This document shows positions 17,991-28,195 of a stretch of 64,000 bases of DNA, in pieces (the first letter of the stretch is position 1; the number at the start of each line of letters is the position of its first letter). The stretch is from an uncultured Candidatus Saccharibacteria bacterium (GTDB lineage: Bacteria; Patescibacteriota; Minisyncoccia; Phycocordibacterales; UBA9973). Made by a program: the position numbers and the translations under genes. Below the pieces are notes generated by a model, which was given only the letters and a program-made list of their open reading frames with translations, was not told the origin of the DNA and made no database searches. The stretch covers positions 43,890 through 107,889 of the forward strand of contig CAZSFP010000002.1 in the NCBI GenBank assembly GCA_964606285.1, in the 5' to 3' direction.

Positions 17991-18335
17991 TTATGCGACT
18001 GCTTTGACGATTTTTTCAAAGACTGCTGGTTCGTGTTCTGCAAAGTATGCGAGAACTTTTCGATCGAGTGATACATTCTTTTTCTTGAGTGCATCGATGA
18101 ACTTTGAGTAGGAGAGACCGTGTGGGCGAACCGCAGCATTGAGTTTGACGTTCCAAAGTGTGCGGCGGTCAGCTTTCTTGTCTTTGCGGTGTGCAAAGGC
18201 ATAACTGCCGGCATGAACGATTGCTTCTTTTGCGAGAGCCTCTTTGTTTTTTCGTCCAAAACGAAATCCTTTTGTCTGAGCAAGGACGTTCTTTCGGCGC
18301 TTGTTTTTGATTGTTCCTCGTTTAACGCGTGTCAT
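17991..18335 (-). CDS. rplT: 50S ribosomal protein L20
   Basis: MTRVKRG...RTLWNVKLNAA...SYSKFI...LDRKVLA. Confidence 0.97.
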   Translation of the reverse strand: MTRVKRGTIKNKRRKNVLAQTKGFRFGRKNKEALAKEAIVHAGSYAFAHRKDKKADRRTLWNVKLNAAVRPHGLSYSKFIDALKKKNVSLDRKVLAYFAEHEPAVFEKIVKAVA

Positions 18336-18366
18336 AAAGTTAGATTATATGTAGGTATTAGTAATA

Positions 18367-18555
18367 TTAAATGCCAAATGGGAGCATACGGCCTTGCATT
18401 TTGCTGGTCATAACAAAGTTTTGAGCCTTTTTGCCGTTCAATTGCTTGACGCGGGATTGCTTGGCATTGTTGTGGTTAAACCCTGGTTTTCGGGCGAGAA
18501 CCTTGCCGTTCTTTGTTATTTTGAGTCTTTTTGTGTAGGATTTGTTTGTTTTCAT
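18367..18555 (-). CDS. rpmI: 50S ribosomal protein L35
   Basis: MKTNKS..KRLKITKNGK; between infC and rplT. Confidence 0.93.
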   Translation of the reverse strand: MKTNKSYTKRLKITKNGKVLARKPGFNHNNAKQSRVKQLNGKKAQNFVMTSKMQGRMLPFGI

Positions 18556-18556
18556 A

Positions 18557-19066
18557 CTATTTTTTGTTTCTTTCGATAGTGACCGTGATGCCTTTCGGCC
18601 CCTTTTTCATGTCATCCGCAATCTTATACTCTTCTGTGATTAAATGCAAGATCCGAGCCAATCGTTCCTTAAGGAAACCTTCTTCCATGTATTTTGCACG
18701 TCCGGCGAGATAGAGCTCGATTTTGATACGGTGGCCGTCCTTGAGCCAGTCAGATGCCATCTTGGCCTTGAGTGCGAGGTCGTGTTCACCGGTACCGATC
18801 TTGATTTGGATAGACTTTGTCTCGGTAATCTTTGCTTTTGATTTGGCAAGCTTCTGCTTTTTGTTCAAATCGTATTGGAATTTGCCGTATTCCATGATTT
18901 TTGCAAGTGGCGGATTGCTGTTTGGGTTGATTTCGATCAAATCGAGACCTTTTTCATGAGCAAGGTTCATTGCGTCTCTGAGAGTCATGACGCCGATATT
19001 GTCACCGTTCTCATCGAGAACCCGAAGCTCGGCTGCGCGTATATAGTTGTTGATGCGTTCTTTCAA
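18557..19066 (-). CDS. infC: Translation initiation factor IF-3 (TTG start)
   Basis: RINNYIRAAELRVLDENG...LDLIEI.P...PP.AKIMEYGKFQY; promoter TTGACT-17-TATGAT at 19130-19102. Confidence 0.96.
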   Translation of the reverse strand: MKERINNYIRAAELRVLDENGDNIGVMTLRDAMNLAHEKGLDLIEINPNSNPPLAKIMEYGKFQYDLNKKQKLAKSKAKITETKSIQIKIGTGEHDLALKAKMASDWLKDGHRIKIELYLAGRAKYMEEGFLKERLARILHLITEEYKIADDMKKGPKGITVTIERNKK

Positions 19067-19131
19067 TGGCGATGGTAAATATACTAATGAATAGAAAGAC
19101 CATCATAGTAAAAAATAGGCAAAAAGTCAAT

Positions 19132-19169
19132 CCCGACGTAAGGTCAGGACCCCGACCAAAGCGTCTGGA
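19132..19169. repeat. Degenerate REP-like double hairpin
   Basis: cccgacgtaaggtcagg accccgaccaaagcgtctgg: two imperfect CCCGAC-led hairpins. Confidence 0.5.
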
Positions 19170-19238
19170 ATAGGATAATTTCCTTTACTTTTTCCATATT
19201 TCTTGTATTATAATAAAAAATCTAAAATAATCGTGTTT

Positions 19239-19655
19239 ATGAAAAAAATCCTGTTCTTTATTGTTTGTACTCCTTTTTTCTTCGGCTGTTCACTACCGGG
19301 CCAATCGAGTTTTTATCAAATCTATGATAGTTTCAAAGAAAAGGTCCCGGATGGTACTGTTGCTTCGTATATGGATGAGGCGAATTATTTCTTCATTTAT
19401 ATGGAAAAAGAAAATTTGGCCAAGGGAAACTATATGCGTGTTTTATTTGAAAATGAAACATTTAAAGACAGTGTTGAACTTTCATTTGATCCAGCATCAG
19501 ATCCATTTATTGCCGCCAATTGTAAAAAGTGTCCTTCTGGTACATATCTTGCAACGGTCACATATTTGAGATATGCGAGTATGTATATGAATTCAGTAGA
19601 GTCCTCATATTACACTGACACAGTTAAAGTGTTGCAATTACCCGAAAAGAATTAA
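19239..19655 (+). CDS. Putative lipoprotein
   Basis: MKKILFFIVCTPFFFGC signal/lipobox-like; own terminator. Confidence 0.65.
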   Translation: MKKILFFIVCTPFFFGCSLPGQSSFYQIYDSFKEKVPDGTVASYMDEANYFFIYMEKENLAKGNYMRVLFENETFKDSVELSFDPASDPFIAANCKKCPSGTYLATVTYLRYASMYMNSVESSYYTDTVKVLQLPEKN

Positions 19656-19722
19656 AAAATAAAAATATTGCTTCAAAAAAATCTCCGCCAACCGGTCGGA
19701 GATTTTATGCTATAGTCCTCGT

Positions 19723-20436
19723 ATGATTCTCCCTGTCTGGAAAAACATATATGAGACACCGCTTGCGTGTATCAATCGCACGAAGCTCTCACATCCTGAT
19801 CTTCTCGATCCGGTGACCTATGCCGGTCGGCTCGATCCCATGGCAGAAGGTGTTCTCTTGTTGCTCTCCGGTGATGATGTCCACAAGAAAGATGAATATC
19901 TTCATTTCGATAAAGAATATGAGATTGATGTTATTCTCGGACTTGCAACAGATACAGGAGATTTGCTCGGTTTACCAACTGTTGGAACTATACCGGATGA
20001 GAAAAATATCGAACAAACGATTCTTTCTTTTATCGGTATGTATGAACAATCATATCCATTATTCTCTTCTCGGACAGTTGCTGGAAAACAATTACACGAA
20101 TATGGTAGAGAGGGAACTGATGTTGCATTACCGTCTCATGCAGTAACAATACAAAATATTGAAATTATTTCTCGTGATCAAGTCTCACTTGTAGATCTCA
20201 CGGAACAAGCAATCAAAGCAACAGAAAATGTTACTGGTGATTTCCGACAATCTCAGATTGCAGGCGCGTGGAAAAATATAGAGAAAGAAGTATTATTCCC
20301 ACGTTACACGCTTCGAGTCACGTGTTCTTCAGGCACGTATATGCGTCAGTTAGCGATCGATATCGGCACACGTCTCGGTTCTATTGCGTGTACTTCTCGC
20401 ATTGTTCGCATACGAGTGGGGGAACATAGAATATAA
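19723..20436 (+). CDS. truB: tRNA pseudouridine(55) synthase
   Basis: YAGRLDPMAEGVL, KEY, TDTGD, CSSGTYMRQLA.DIG. Confidence 0.9.
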   Translation: MILPVWKNIYETPLACINRTKLSHPDLLDPVTYAGRLDPMAEGVLLLLSGDDVHKKDEYLHFDKEYEIDVILGLATDTGDLLGLPTVGTIPDEKNIEQTILSFIGMYEQSYPLFSSRTVAGKQLHEYGREGTDVALPSHAVTIQNIEIISRDQVSLVDLTEQAIKATENVTGDFRQSQIAGAWKNIEKEVLFPRYTLRVTCSSGTYMRQLAIDIGTRLGSIACTSRIVRIRVGEHRI

Positions 20437-20473
20437 AAATTTCCGAGACAATATCTCGGAAATTTTTAATTTG

Positions 20474-20857
20474 TGGAACTGGGCGGAATCGAACCGCCGT
20501 GCAATCATATTCTCAATACGAATCTCCGTGTGCAGATTCTTTCTTGTTTTAAATCATCTGTCTATGAAAGAAACAAAACAACAGACGATCGATCCCTGTG
20601 TTTCGGACGCTGTATCGGGAGGTACAACATTCCTATCATGAAATATGAAGCTCACTTTCTTCTATCATGAAATCAAAGAAGTGAACTGCTCGCGATTAAA
20701 CGCGGGCAAAAGCAAAGTTTGCCATACCGAAGTATGGAGACTTTACTCCTGAACGAAATGCGTTTGCATTTACGGTGTTGCAAGAAGTTTTGCGAGATTC
20801 CTGTGGACTCGACACGCACGCACTGAGGACACATGACTGTCTAGGCCTTTCAGTCCC
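20474..20857 (-). ncRNA. ssrA: tmRNA
   Basis: 5' GGGACTG pairs with 3' CAGTTCC-A (G3.U70); T-arm GGCGG-TTCGATT-CCGCC; tag ORF 20767-20696; starts 2 nt after smpB stop; CCA not encoded. Confidence 0.95.
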
Positions 20858-20859
20858 AA

Positions 20860-21303
20860 TTATTTCAATTTCAATGTTCGCCGAATCTCACGATCGGTGT
20901 CTCGTTTTTTGATTGAGGCGCGCTTGTCATGTTTCTTTTTTCCCTTCATGAGCCCGAGCGCGATCTTGAGTTTCGCTCCTTTATTATACACTCGAAGTGG
21001 CACTAGTGTCAAACCCTTCTCATGGATGTCACGTTCGAGTACTTTGATTTCTTTTTTAGTAATAAGGAGTCGTCGTGTCCGGCGTGGATCATAATCGGTC
21101 GGTGTATTTTTTACCTGGTATGGCGGAATAAACATACCAATAATATAGAGCTCACCGCCACGAATGATGCTGTATGATCCTTCAAATGTTCCTTGTCCGT
21201 TTCGTAATGATTTCACTTCATGACCAAAAAGCTCGATCCCAACTTCGTAGGTTTCGATGATTTCATAATCAAATTTTGCTTTTCGGTGCTCGATCAATGC
21301 CAT
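20860..21303 (-). CDS. smpB: SsrA-binding protein
   Basis: RKAKFDYEIIETYEVGIEL.GHEVKSLR...GLTLVPL...GKKKHDKR. Confidence 0.98.
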   Translation of the reverse strand: MALIEHRKAKFDYEIIETYEVGIELFGHEVKSLRNGQGTFEGSYSIIRGGELYIIGMFIPPYQVKNTPTDYDPRRTRRLLITKKEIKVLERDIHEKGLTLVPLRVYNKGAKLKIALGLMKGKKKHDKRASIKKRDTDREIRRTLKLK

Positions 21304-21360
21304 GAGCAGATTCTAACATATTGAATTGATTATGATATATCACCGTAGTATCATAAAGGC

Positions 21361-22794
21361 ATGACTACAGAAAACTTTGTTACTCGAGAAAGAGCAGAAA
21401 ATCTCTCTCCTTTGCATGTGGAGAAGATTGAAGAAATAAAAAGACCTAAAATTGAGATTACGAAAGATGGTAAACTTAGTATTGATGGAGTGATTCAAGA
21501 AAAATATACCGATGTAGATTTTGATAAAAATCCTCAGAAAAATAATTCTGATTTGATTCAATTTCGAGCCTTTTCTGATTCAAAAAGAGAAGACCATAAT
21601 TCGTATATTATTGATGTCAAAAATCCTGAAAAAGAACTTCTGGTTATTTCTCAGGATAAAAATAAAACTATTTTAGTAAATGGAAATAAATGGGATGCAC
21701 TGCAGGGTAAAGATGTCTATTTCGGAGGATATCATGTAGAAGTAGATCCAGAAGGAAAAAAAGTTGTTTTTCGAGAAACCGGACATGATAATGAGAGTGT
21801 TATCGTTAATAATGTTGAATGGAAAACAAAGTTTAAAGACGGGATAAGATTTGCTACTAGTAGGTTTGGTACGACGTATGCACTCGGTGGTGGTGTGTGG
21901 TATTCGAAATTGGTTGTTGATGACAAGGAATGGATATATCCAAAATCTGAACAAGGGAACAGTGCTCATGGTGATGAAATCCGAGATGCTGTAGTGAGTA
22001 AAAATGGTATTGTTGCGGGTGTGGTAAATCTGGCGAAGGGAGCAGGAGAGCATGTTTTTGTCGGCGATAAGATCGGTGCAAAAACAGAATGGAAACACGG
22101 AATGTATTCTATAGAAAAAATTATTATCGATGATAAAACTGACACTGTAGCTGTTTTTGGACAAACAGAATCTAGTTCAAGTAAAAAAAGTTTGATTATA
22201 AACGATATTCCGTATGACATTGAAGGTAATCCAACTTCTTTGGATGTATTTAAATTTGAAGATGGCGAGGTATACAAAGAGAGAGAAGGAGGAGTGCTCA
22301 TAGAATACAAAAATGCCCTCGGAGAAAAAGTGACCGAAAGAATTGAAGTTCGTGAAGGTGCCAAGGAAATCCAAGAACAGAAAGAGAAAAAAAGTAGCGA
22401 AGACAGAGCACTTGAAGATTTGCGTCGAATGATTGCAAAAGAAAATATTCCGCTCGAGGATATCCTCAAACGGTTGAAGAATACAGAAGGACTTGAAAAA
22501 GCGAATGAAAAAAATAAAGAATTGGAATCACAAATCAATGAACTTTCTGCAGAAAAAACAAAACTTGAAATGGGAATACAAAATATGAAAAAATCCCATG
22601 AAGAAGAAACAAGAAATTTGGAAGTACAATTATCAAGAGCAGAAATGGTTGTGAGAAAACTTGAGAATATTTTGAAAGACGCAACGAATGTGACATTTGG
22701 TTCAGACAAAAAATTGTCCGCTGATTCTATGAAATTGGCTATGGAAACTATCCAAGATTTACGAAAGAATAATAACTGGACTCCGGGAACATAA
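21361..22794 (+). CDS. Hypothetical protein, beta-rich N-terminus with C-terminal coiled coil
   Basis: 477-aa ORF, AT-rich, own terminator at ~22813-22850. Confidence 0.8.
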   Translation: MTTENFVTRERAENLSPLHVEKIEEIKRPKIEITKDGKLSIDGVIQEKYTDVDFDKNPQKNNSDLIQFRAFSDSKREDHNSYIIDVKNPEKELLVISQDKNKTILVNGNKWDALQGKDVYFGGYHVEVDPEGKKVVFRETGHDNESVIVNNVEWKTKFKDGIRFATSRFGTTYALGGGVWYSKLVVDDKEWIYPKSEQGNSAHGDEIRDAVVSKNGIVAGVVNLAKGAGEHVFVGDKIGAKTEWKHGMYSIEKIIIDDKTDTVAVFGQTESSSSKKSLIINDIPYDIEGNPTSLDVFKFEDGEVYKEREGGVLIEYKNALGEKVTERIEVREGAKEIQEQKEKKSSEDRALEDLRRMIAKENIPLEDILKRLKNTEGLEKANEKNKELESQINELSAEKTKLEMGIQNMKKSHEEETRNLEVQLSRAEMVVRKLENILKDATNVTFGSDKKLSADSMKLAMETIQDLRKNNNWTPGT

Positions 22795-23259
22795 AAACTA
22801 AAATCTAAGTAAAGAAAAAGACTTCCTCAAAACGAGAGAAGTCTTTTTCTTGTGGATACTAAGAATTGTAGTAATTTTATTTTCCAATAAAAAATCCCCG
22901 CGTGATGATTGGCGAGGAATTTTTTACCACGTGTTTTAGTGTGCGTTTTGTGTTCCGCGAATGGCATGATGATGCGCAAGGGAACTGCACTCTGCGTGGG
23001 TTTTCCTTTGATGATGGAACGATGGCGGTATTACATGCGCTTGTCCGATTGAACGAAGATAAGCTAACAGGAAGGGACCGACCAGGCGTAACTATACAAA
23101 TGGCGTTGTAATTTACATTGCAACGAAAGAACTATGTACTTTATGCTGACGTCTCAGAATAAGATACATTGATTACTGTATACTCCTTTATGCTTCAAAA
23201 GGCAACTATATATAGTCTATGGATGCAAAAAAGCCTGTTTTCATATATACTGTCTCGAT

Positions 23260-25188
23260 ATGGCATCACCATTTCCAAAGAACAAAAAGAATACCAATAA
23301 CGGTAAAGACAAGAACAAAAAGGAGGTCAAGGTCGTCCTTGGGCTCGGTAATATGATTACCGGCGTCATCCTCTTTTTTATTGTTCTATCCGCACTGTAT
23401 TCACTTATAGGTGAAAAGAAATCTCAAGTAACAGATGTCCCTATATCGACATTGGCAGGGGAAGTGATCAACGGCGAAATCAAGGCAATCAGTGTCTTGA
23501 ACGACAAAATCAAGATTGAACGCACAGATGGGGCACTCCAAGAATCAAAAAAAGAAACCGGTGCATCGCTTGTTGAAACCTTGACGAGTTATGGTGTGAC
23601 ACCAGTGCAACTCGCTGCTGTTGAAATATCAGTTGAAAATGAAAGCGGTATTGGTTACTGGATCGTATCACTCCTTCCAATCGTACTCCCGATACTTCTC
23701 ATTTTCGGATTCCTTTGGTTTCTTTCACGACAAATGAAAGGATCTGGCATGCAAGCATTTACCTTTGGTCAATCCAAGGCAAAACTGACTGATCCAAATG
23801 ACAAGAACAACCGAGTAACGTTTGCTGACGTTGCTGGCAATAAAGAAGCAAAGCAGGAATTGCTCGAGATTGTCGACTTTCTTCGTAATCCAAAAAAATT
23901 CCTCGACATCGGTGCGCAAATTCCAAAAGGCGTGATGCTTACAGGTGCACCGGGTACTGGTAAAACACTTCTTGCGCGCGCAGTCGCGGGGGAAGCGTCT
24001 GTACCATTCTTTCATCTCTCAGGTTCTGAATTTGTCGAAATGTTTGTCGGTGTCGGAGCATCACGTGTTCGTGATCTCTTCCAAATGGCAAAACGCGCAT
24101 CACCATCTATTGTCTTTATCGATGAAATCGATGCCGTCGGTCGTGTGCGTGGTACTGGTGTTGGCGGGGGCAATGATGAGCGCGAACAGACACTTAACCA
24201 GATTCTCGTCGAGATGGATGGCTTTGAACCAAATGAAAAAGTTATCGTTATCGCTGCGACAAACCGAAATGATGTCCTTGATCCAGCACTTCTTCGTCCG
24301 GGTCGATTTGATCGTCGGGTCATGCTCGATCTTCCAGATCTCGCTGATCGTGAAGAGATACTGAAAATTCATGCTCGCAAGAAACCATTTGCCGAAGATG
24401 TAAAGCTTCGTACGATTGCCGAACGAACTCCAGGATTCTCTGGTGCCGATCTCTATTCACTGATGAATGAAGGCGCGATTCTTGCTGCTCGTGAAAATCG
24501 CACAACAGTTGCACAAACCGATCTCATTCGATCTATCGAAAAAGTTATCATGGGTCCGGAACGATCAAGTCATCTCTTGTCTAAAAAAGAAAAAGAAATT
24601 ACCGCGTATCACGAAGCGGGGCATGCAATCGTTTCGTCAGTTTTGGAATACGCTGATCCTGTTCACAAAGTAACGATCATTTCTCGTGGTCGTGCAGCTG
24701 GATATACACTCAAGCTTCCACTCGAAGAAAAAAAACTACAGTCAAAAAATGAATTTCTTGATGATCTCGCTGTCTCGATGGGAGGTTATGCTGCAGAGCA
24801 ATTGATCTTTGGTGATATCACGACCGGACCGTCAAATGACTTGCAGGTTGCAACAGGGCTTGCGCGTGCCATGGTGACACGATGGGGTATGAGTGACGTT
24901 ATCGGTCCGATGGCACTTGAAAGCGATGGAGGACGAGCAATGTTTGGTGACGGAATCAATGACGATGTATTGTCGAAATCTTCTTCCGGAAAAATTAGCA
25001 GTGAGGTCAAAAAGATTCTCGACGAAGCACTTGTCCGTGCAAACAAGGTACTCGCTGATCATCGTGGCGCTTTTGATGCGATTGCAAAGAAATTGATCGA
25101 AGTAGAAACACTTGAACAAGCTGAGTACGAAGTCATTCTTCAAAAACACGGTATTGCACTCAAAAAACTCCCGGAAAATAAAGCATAA
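23260..25188 (+). CDS. ftsH: ATP-dependent zinc metalloprotease FtsH
   Basis: 2 TM; GAPGTGKT; IDEID; [17 protein letters not shown]; HEAGH. Confidence 0.99.
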   Translation: MASPFPKNKKNTNNGKDKNKKEVKVVLGLGNMITGVILFFIVLSALYSLIGEKKSQVTDVPISTLAGEVINGEIKAISVLNDKIKIERTDGALQESKKETGASLVETLTSYGVTPVQLAAVEISVENESGIGYWIVSLLPIVLPILLIFGFLWFLSRQMKGSGMQAFTFGQSKAKLTDPNDKNNRVTFADVAGNKEAKQELLEIVDFLRNPKKFLDIGAQIPKGVMLTGAPGTGKTLLARAVAGEASVPFFHLSGSEFVEMFVGVGASRVRDLFQMAKRASPSIVFIDEIDAVGRVRGTGVGGGNDEREQTLNQILVEMDGFEPNEKVIVIAATNRNDVLDPALLRPGRFDRRVMLDLPDLADREEILKIHARKKPFAEDVKLRTIAERTPGFSGADLYSLMNEGAILAARENRTTVAQTDLIRSIEKVIMGPERSSHLLSKKEKEITAYHEAGHAIVSSVLEYADPVHKVTIISRGRAAGYTLKLPLEEKKLQSKNEFLDDLAVSMGGYAAEQLIFGDITTGPSNDLQVATGLARAMVTRWGMSDVIGPMALESDGGRAMFGDGINDDVLSKSSSGKISSEVKKILDEALVRANKVLADHRGAFDAIAKKLIEVETLEQAEYEVILQKHGIALKKLPENKA

Positions 25189-25204
25189 TGATACACTCAT
25201 ATAT

Positions 25205-25486
25205 ATGAATCAGACGCAGATAAAAAAGTTGGCAGCGCTCGCCCGCATAGAAATATCAGACGAAGAACTCGCGTCATTTTCTGCCGATCTCGGTGCGATA
25301 TTGGCGTATGTCGATCAGATTCGAGCGGTGACAGAAAAAGTCGGTGATGTTGCAGGCCAGGAAATGCTGGACAATGTTGCACGTGTCGATGTCGTCACTC
25401 GAACAACTGGTGAATACACTGATTCGATTTTATCGCTTGCACCTGATCGCGACGGAAACTATGTCAAAGTAAAAAAGATTTTATAA
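25205..25486 (+). CDS. gatC: Asp/Glu-tRNA amidotransferase subunit C
   Basis: IKKLAALARI...ILAYVDQI...R.D...YVKVKKIL; upstream of gatA. Confidence 0.9.
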   Translation: MNQTQIKKLAALARIEISDEELASFSADLGAILAYVDQIRAVTEKVGDVAGQEMLDNVARVDVVTRTTGEYTDSILSLAPDRDGNYVKVKKIL

Positions 25487-25491
25487 TTTGT

Positions 25492-26931
25492 ATGACTACC
25501 ATCGATCTCAAAAATCTCACAATAGAAAAAGCACATGCGGCTCTCGTAGCGGGTGAGTATACCGTGCGTGATCTTGTCCGTGCGTATCAAACTGTCGCAA
25601 AAGAAAAAAACGGAGATATCAATGCATATCTCGAAATCTTTCGCGATGAAGTCATCGACGAGCAGATCGATCGCGCACAGGATATGTTCACTGTCGGCAC
25701 CGCAACTGCGCTTACCGGTATTCCTGTTGCCATCAAAGACAATATGCTCATGAAGGGTGAAATTTCCAGTGCGTCGTCAAAGATACTTGGTAATCATCAA
25801 GCGGTCTATGATGGTACGGTTATAAAAATTTTGAAAGATGCCGGTGCGGTTATTCTCGGCCGGACAAACATGGATGAATTTGCCATGGGGTCATCAACTG
25901 AAAACAGTGCGTATGGTCCGACAAAAAATCCTGTTGCATTTGATCGTGTACCAGGAGGATCATCCGGTGGTAGTGCAGCGGCGGTTGCTATGGATGGTGC
26001 GCTTATTTCATTTGGTTCAGATACCGGCGGATCGATCCGTCAACCAGCAGCATTTTGTGGACTTGTCGGACTCAAGACTTCATATGGTAGCGTGTCTCGA
26101 TCCGGATTGATCGCGATGGCATCATCTCTCGATCAGATCGGTCCGTTTACAAAAACTGTTAGTGAAGCAGAAACAATTTTCAATATGATAAGTACGTACG
26201 ATCCGCTTGATGGCACTTCTGTTCCAGTTGAAGTACGAGAAAAAATAAAAAATAATGCAAGTCCATTAAAAAAGAAAATTGGCGTGCCACGTGCATGGGT
26301 GGAGAGTGAAGGAATAGCAGAAAGTGTCAAAAAAAATTTTTCAGAAAATTTAAAAACATTGGAGGCGTGCGGCTATGAATTGGTTGATGTCGATATGTCG
26401 CTTGCCGAACACTCGCTCGCGGTCTATTACATCCTTATGCCAGCAGAAGTTTCGAGTAATCTTGCTTGTTTTGACGGTATTCGTTATGGACAAAGCAAGG
26501 ACGGGGTATCACTCCTTGATGTATATGAAAAAAGTCGTGCGCAAGGTTTCGGCAAGGAAACTCGGCGCCGTATTCTTCTCGGTACGTATATTCTCTCGCA
26601 TGGGTATTATGATGCATATTACGGCAATGCATGGCGTCTTCGCCGGGCAATTGAAAAAGAATTTGCAACGCTCTTTGAAACAGTGGATGCGATTGTTACA
26701 CCAACATCTCCGTTCCCGCCATTCAAACAAGGGGAGAAAACAGCAAACCCACTCGAAATGTATATGTCGGATCTTTTTACTGTTCCTGCAAACATCGCTG
26801 GTATTCCAGCAATCGCTATTCCGTCGGGGACTGATGCCGACGGACTACCAATGAGTATCCAGTTTATGGCACCGATGTTCCGTGAAGATATTCTCTTTTC
26901 CATAGGCAAGGATTTTGAACAGCGTGTATAA
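25492..26931 (+). CDS. gatA: Asp/Glu-tRNA amidotransferase subunit A
   Basis: Amidase signature GGSSGGSAAAV, GSDTGGSIRQPA; RRILLGTY.LS.GYYDAYY. Confidence 0.97.
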   Translation: MTTIDLKNLTIEKAHAALVAGEYTVRDLVRAYQTVAKEKNGDINAYLEIFRDEVIDEQIDRAQDMFTVGTATALTGIPVAIKDNMLMKGEISSASSKILGNHQAVYDGTVIKILKDAGAVILGRTNMDEFAMGSSTENSAYGPTKNPVAFDRVPGGSSGGSAAAVAMDGALISFGSDTGGSIRQPAAFCGLVGLKTSYGSVSRSGLIAMASSLDQIGPFTKTVSEAETIFNMISTYDPLDGTSVPVEVREKIKNNASPLKKKIGVPRAWVESEGIAESVKKNFSENLKTLEACGYELVDVDMSLAEHSLAVYYILMPAEVSSNLACFDGIRYGQSKDGVSLLDVYEKSRAQGFGKETRRRILLGTYILSHGYYDAYYGNAWRLRRAIEKEFATLFETVDAIVTPTSPFPPFKQGEKTANPLEMYMSDLFTVPANIAGIPAIAIPSGTDADGLPMSIQFMAPMFREDILFSIGKDFEQRV

Positions 26932-26939
26932 TACGATAT

Positions 26940-27542
26940 ATGTCACAAATTCCTGATCAAATACAAAATATTCCTGATCCACAGTATTTCAATATCGAAT
27001 ACATTTTTTATAAAATAGCACATTTTTTCGTGGCGCTTGTCGGTGGTGATTTGTCATTCTCGTTATTTTTAGAAAATATTTGGAAAATAATTTCCATCAT
27101 CGTTGGACTCATTGCAGCAGTCTTTTTTGCAATACTTTTTTATTCATGGCTTCGGCACAAAGAGATCGAAGAACAGGAAGAAAAGAAATGGAAAGCACTG
27201 ATCATCGAAGACATGCCAGAAGCACCCACTGAGACGAAATGGGATATCATCGAAGCGCACAGTTATGGTGAAAGTCCGGCTGAATGGCGTCTTGCAATCA
27301 TCGAAGCCGATAGTATTCTCGATCAACTCCTGATCGCTCGCGGATTTGCTGGTGAGAATCTCGGTGAACGACTCAAAAACATTCCGACAGGAAAGCTCGG
27401 TACGATCAATGAAGCATGGGAAGCGCACAAGATCCGCAACCGCATCGCTCACGAAGGATCGAACTTTGCTTTGTCAAAACCCGAAGCTCGTCGCACCATC
27501 GAACGCTACCGCGCAGTATTCAAAGAATTGGGATATATTTAA
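26940..27542 (+). CDS. Membrane-anchored hypothetical protein
   Basis: TM helix then WRLAIIEAD..LD...GE.LGERLK...AWEAHK.RN.IAH helical domain. Confidence 0.8.
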   Translation: MSQIPDQIQNIPDPQYFNIEYIFYKIAHFFVALVGGDLSFSLFLENIWKIISIIVGLIAAVFFAILFYSWLRHKEIEEQEEKKWKALIIEDMPEAPTETKWDIIEAHSYGESPAEWRLAIIEADSILDQLLIARGFAGENLGERLKNIPTGKLGTINEAWEAHKIRNRIAHEGSNFALSKPEARRTIERYRAVFKELGYI

Positions 27543-27577
27543 AATCAAAAAATCCCCACACGGTTGTGTTGGGGATT

Positions 27578-28075
27578 TTAGATTTCGAGCAAGCTGGGAT
27601 CTCGAGGTTCATAATAGGAAGGTTTACGAAGAGCCGTTTTGTCTTCATTGAAATAAACGCGACCAAAAAATGTTTCACCGTTGAGGATTTTTGAAACGAT
27701 TTCTTTGTCTGCAGGAAGCATTTTTCCATAAGGAACCATATCAAAAGCAAATTCTTTTGCGTCTTTCATTTCATTTGTGTCTTGGATGACGCCTGTAACT
27801 TCTTTTACAATATAGAAGGTCACATCAAAATCAGGGACGTCAGTATCATTGTTGACAAAGAAAAAATGAACGAGTGCTACCGGATGAATTTTGTCGGGAG
27901 AACACGTAGCCCCACCAGTTTCTTCGGTAAATTCTCTCGCAATATTTTTTCTGATTGTTTCTCCTGTTTCAACTTTACCTCCCCAGCCATTGTAGAGACC
28001 GGCGCCAATTTTTCGCTGTTTTATACCAAGTGTTATTTTGTATCCTTTGATCGGATAGACGACTGTTGCTTTCAT
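27578..28075 (-). CDS. NUDIX hydrolase (8-oxo-dGTPase-like)
   Basis: Nudix box GGKVETGETIRKNIAREFTEETG; MLPAD. Confidence 0.85.
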   Translation of the reverse strand: MKATVVYPIKGYKITLGIKQRKIGAGLYNGWGGKVETGETIRKNIAREFTEETGGATCSPDKIHPVALVHFFFVNNDTDVPDFDVTFYIVKEVTGVIQDTNEMKDAKEFAFDMVPYGKMLPADKEIVSKILNGETFFGRVYFNEDKTALRKPSYYEPRDPSLLEI

Positions 28076-28142
28076 ATTGTACTAGTATTTTACTATAGTA
28101 GTACTCCTTTTGTATGCACAATGCAAGGCAGGGTGCCTATGC

Positions 28143-28187
28143 TATACCCCCACACTTACCTTTGAGAAAAGTAAGTGTGGGGGTATA
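28143..28187. repeat. 17-bp perfect inverted repeat overlapping the pilD -10 box
   Basis: tatacccccacacttac-ctttgagaaaa-gtaagtgtgggggtata. Confidence 0.8.
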
Positions 28188-28195
28188 CTTTTTAT

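Noticed and set aside
20473-20670. ORF MELGGIEPP... or a separate tRNA
   Set aside because: It is the antisense of the tmRNA tRNA-like 3' end.
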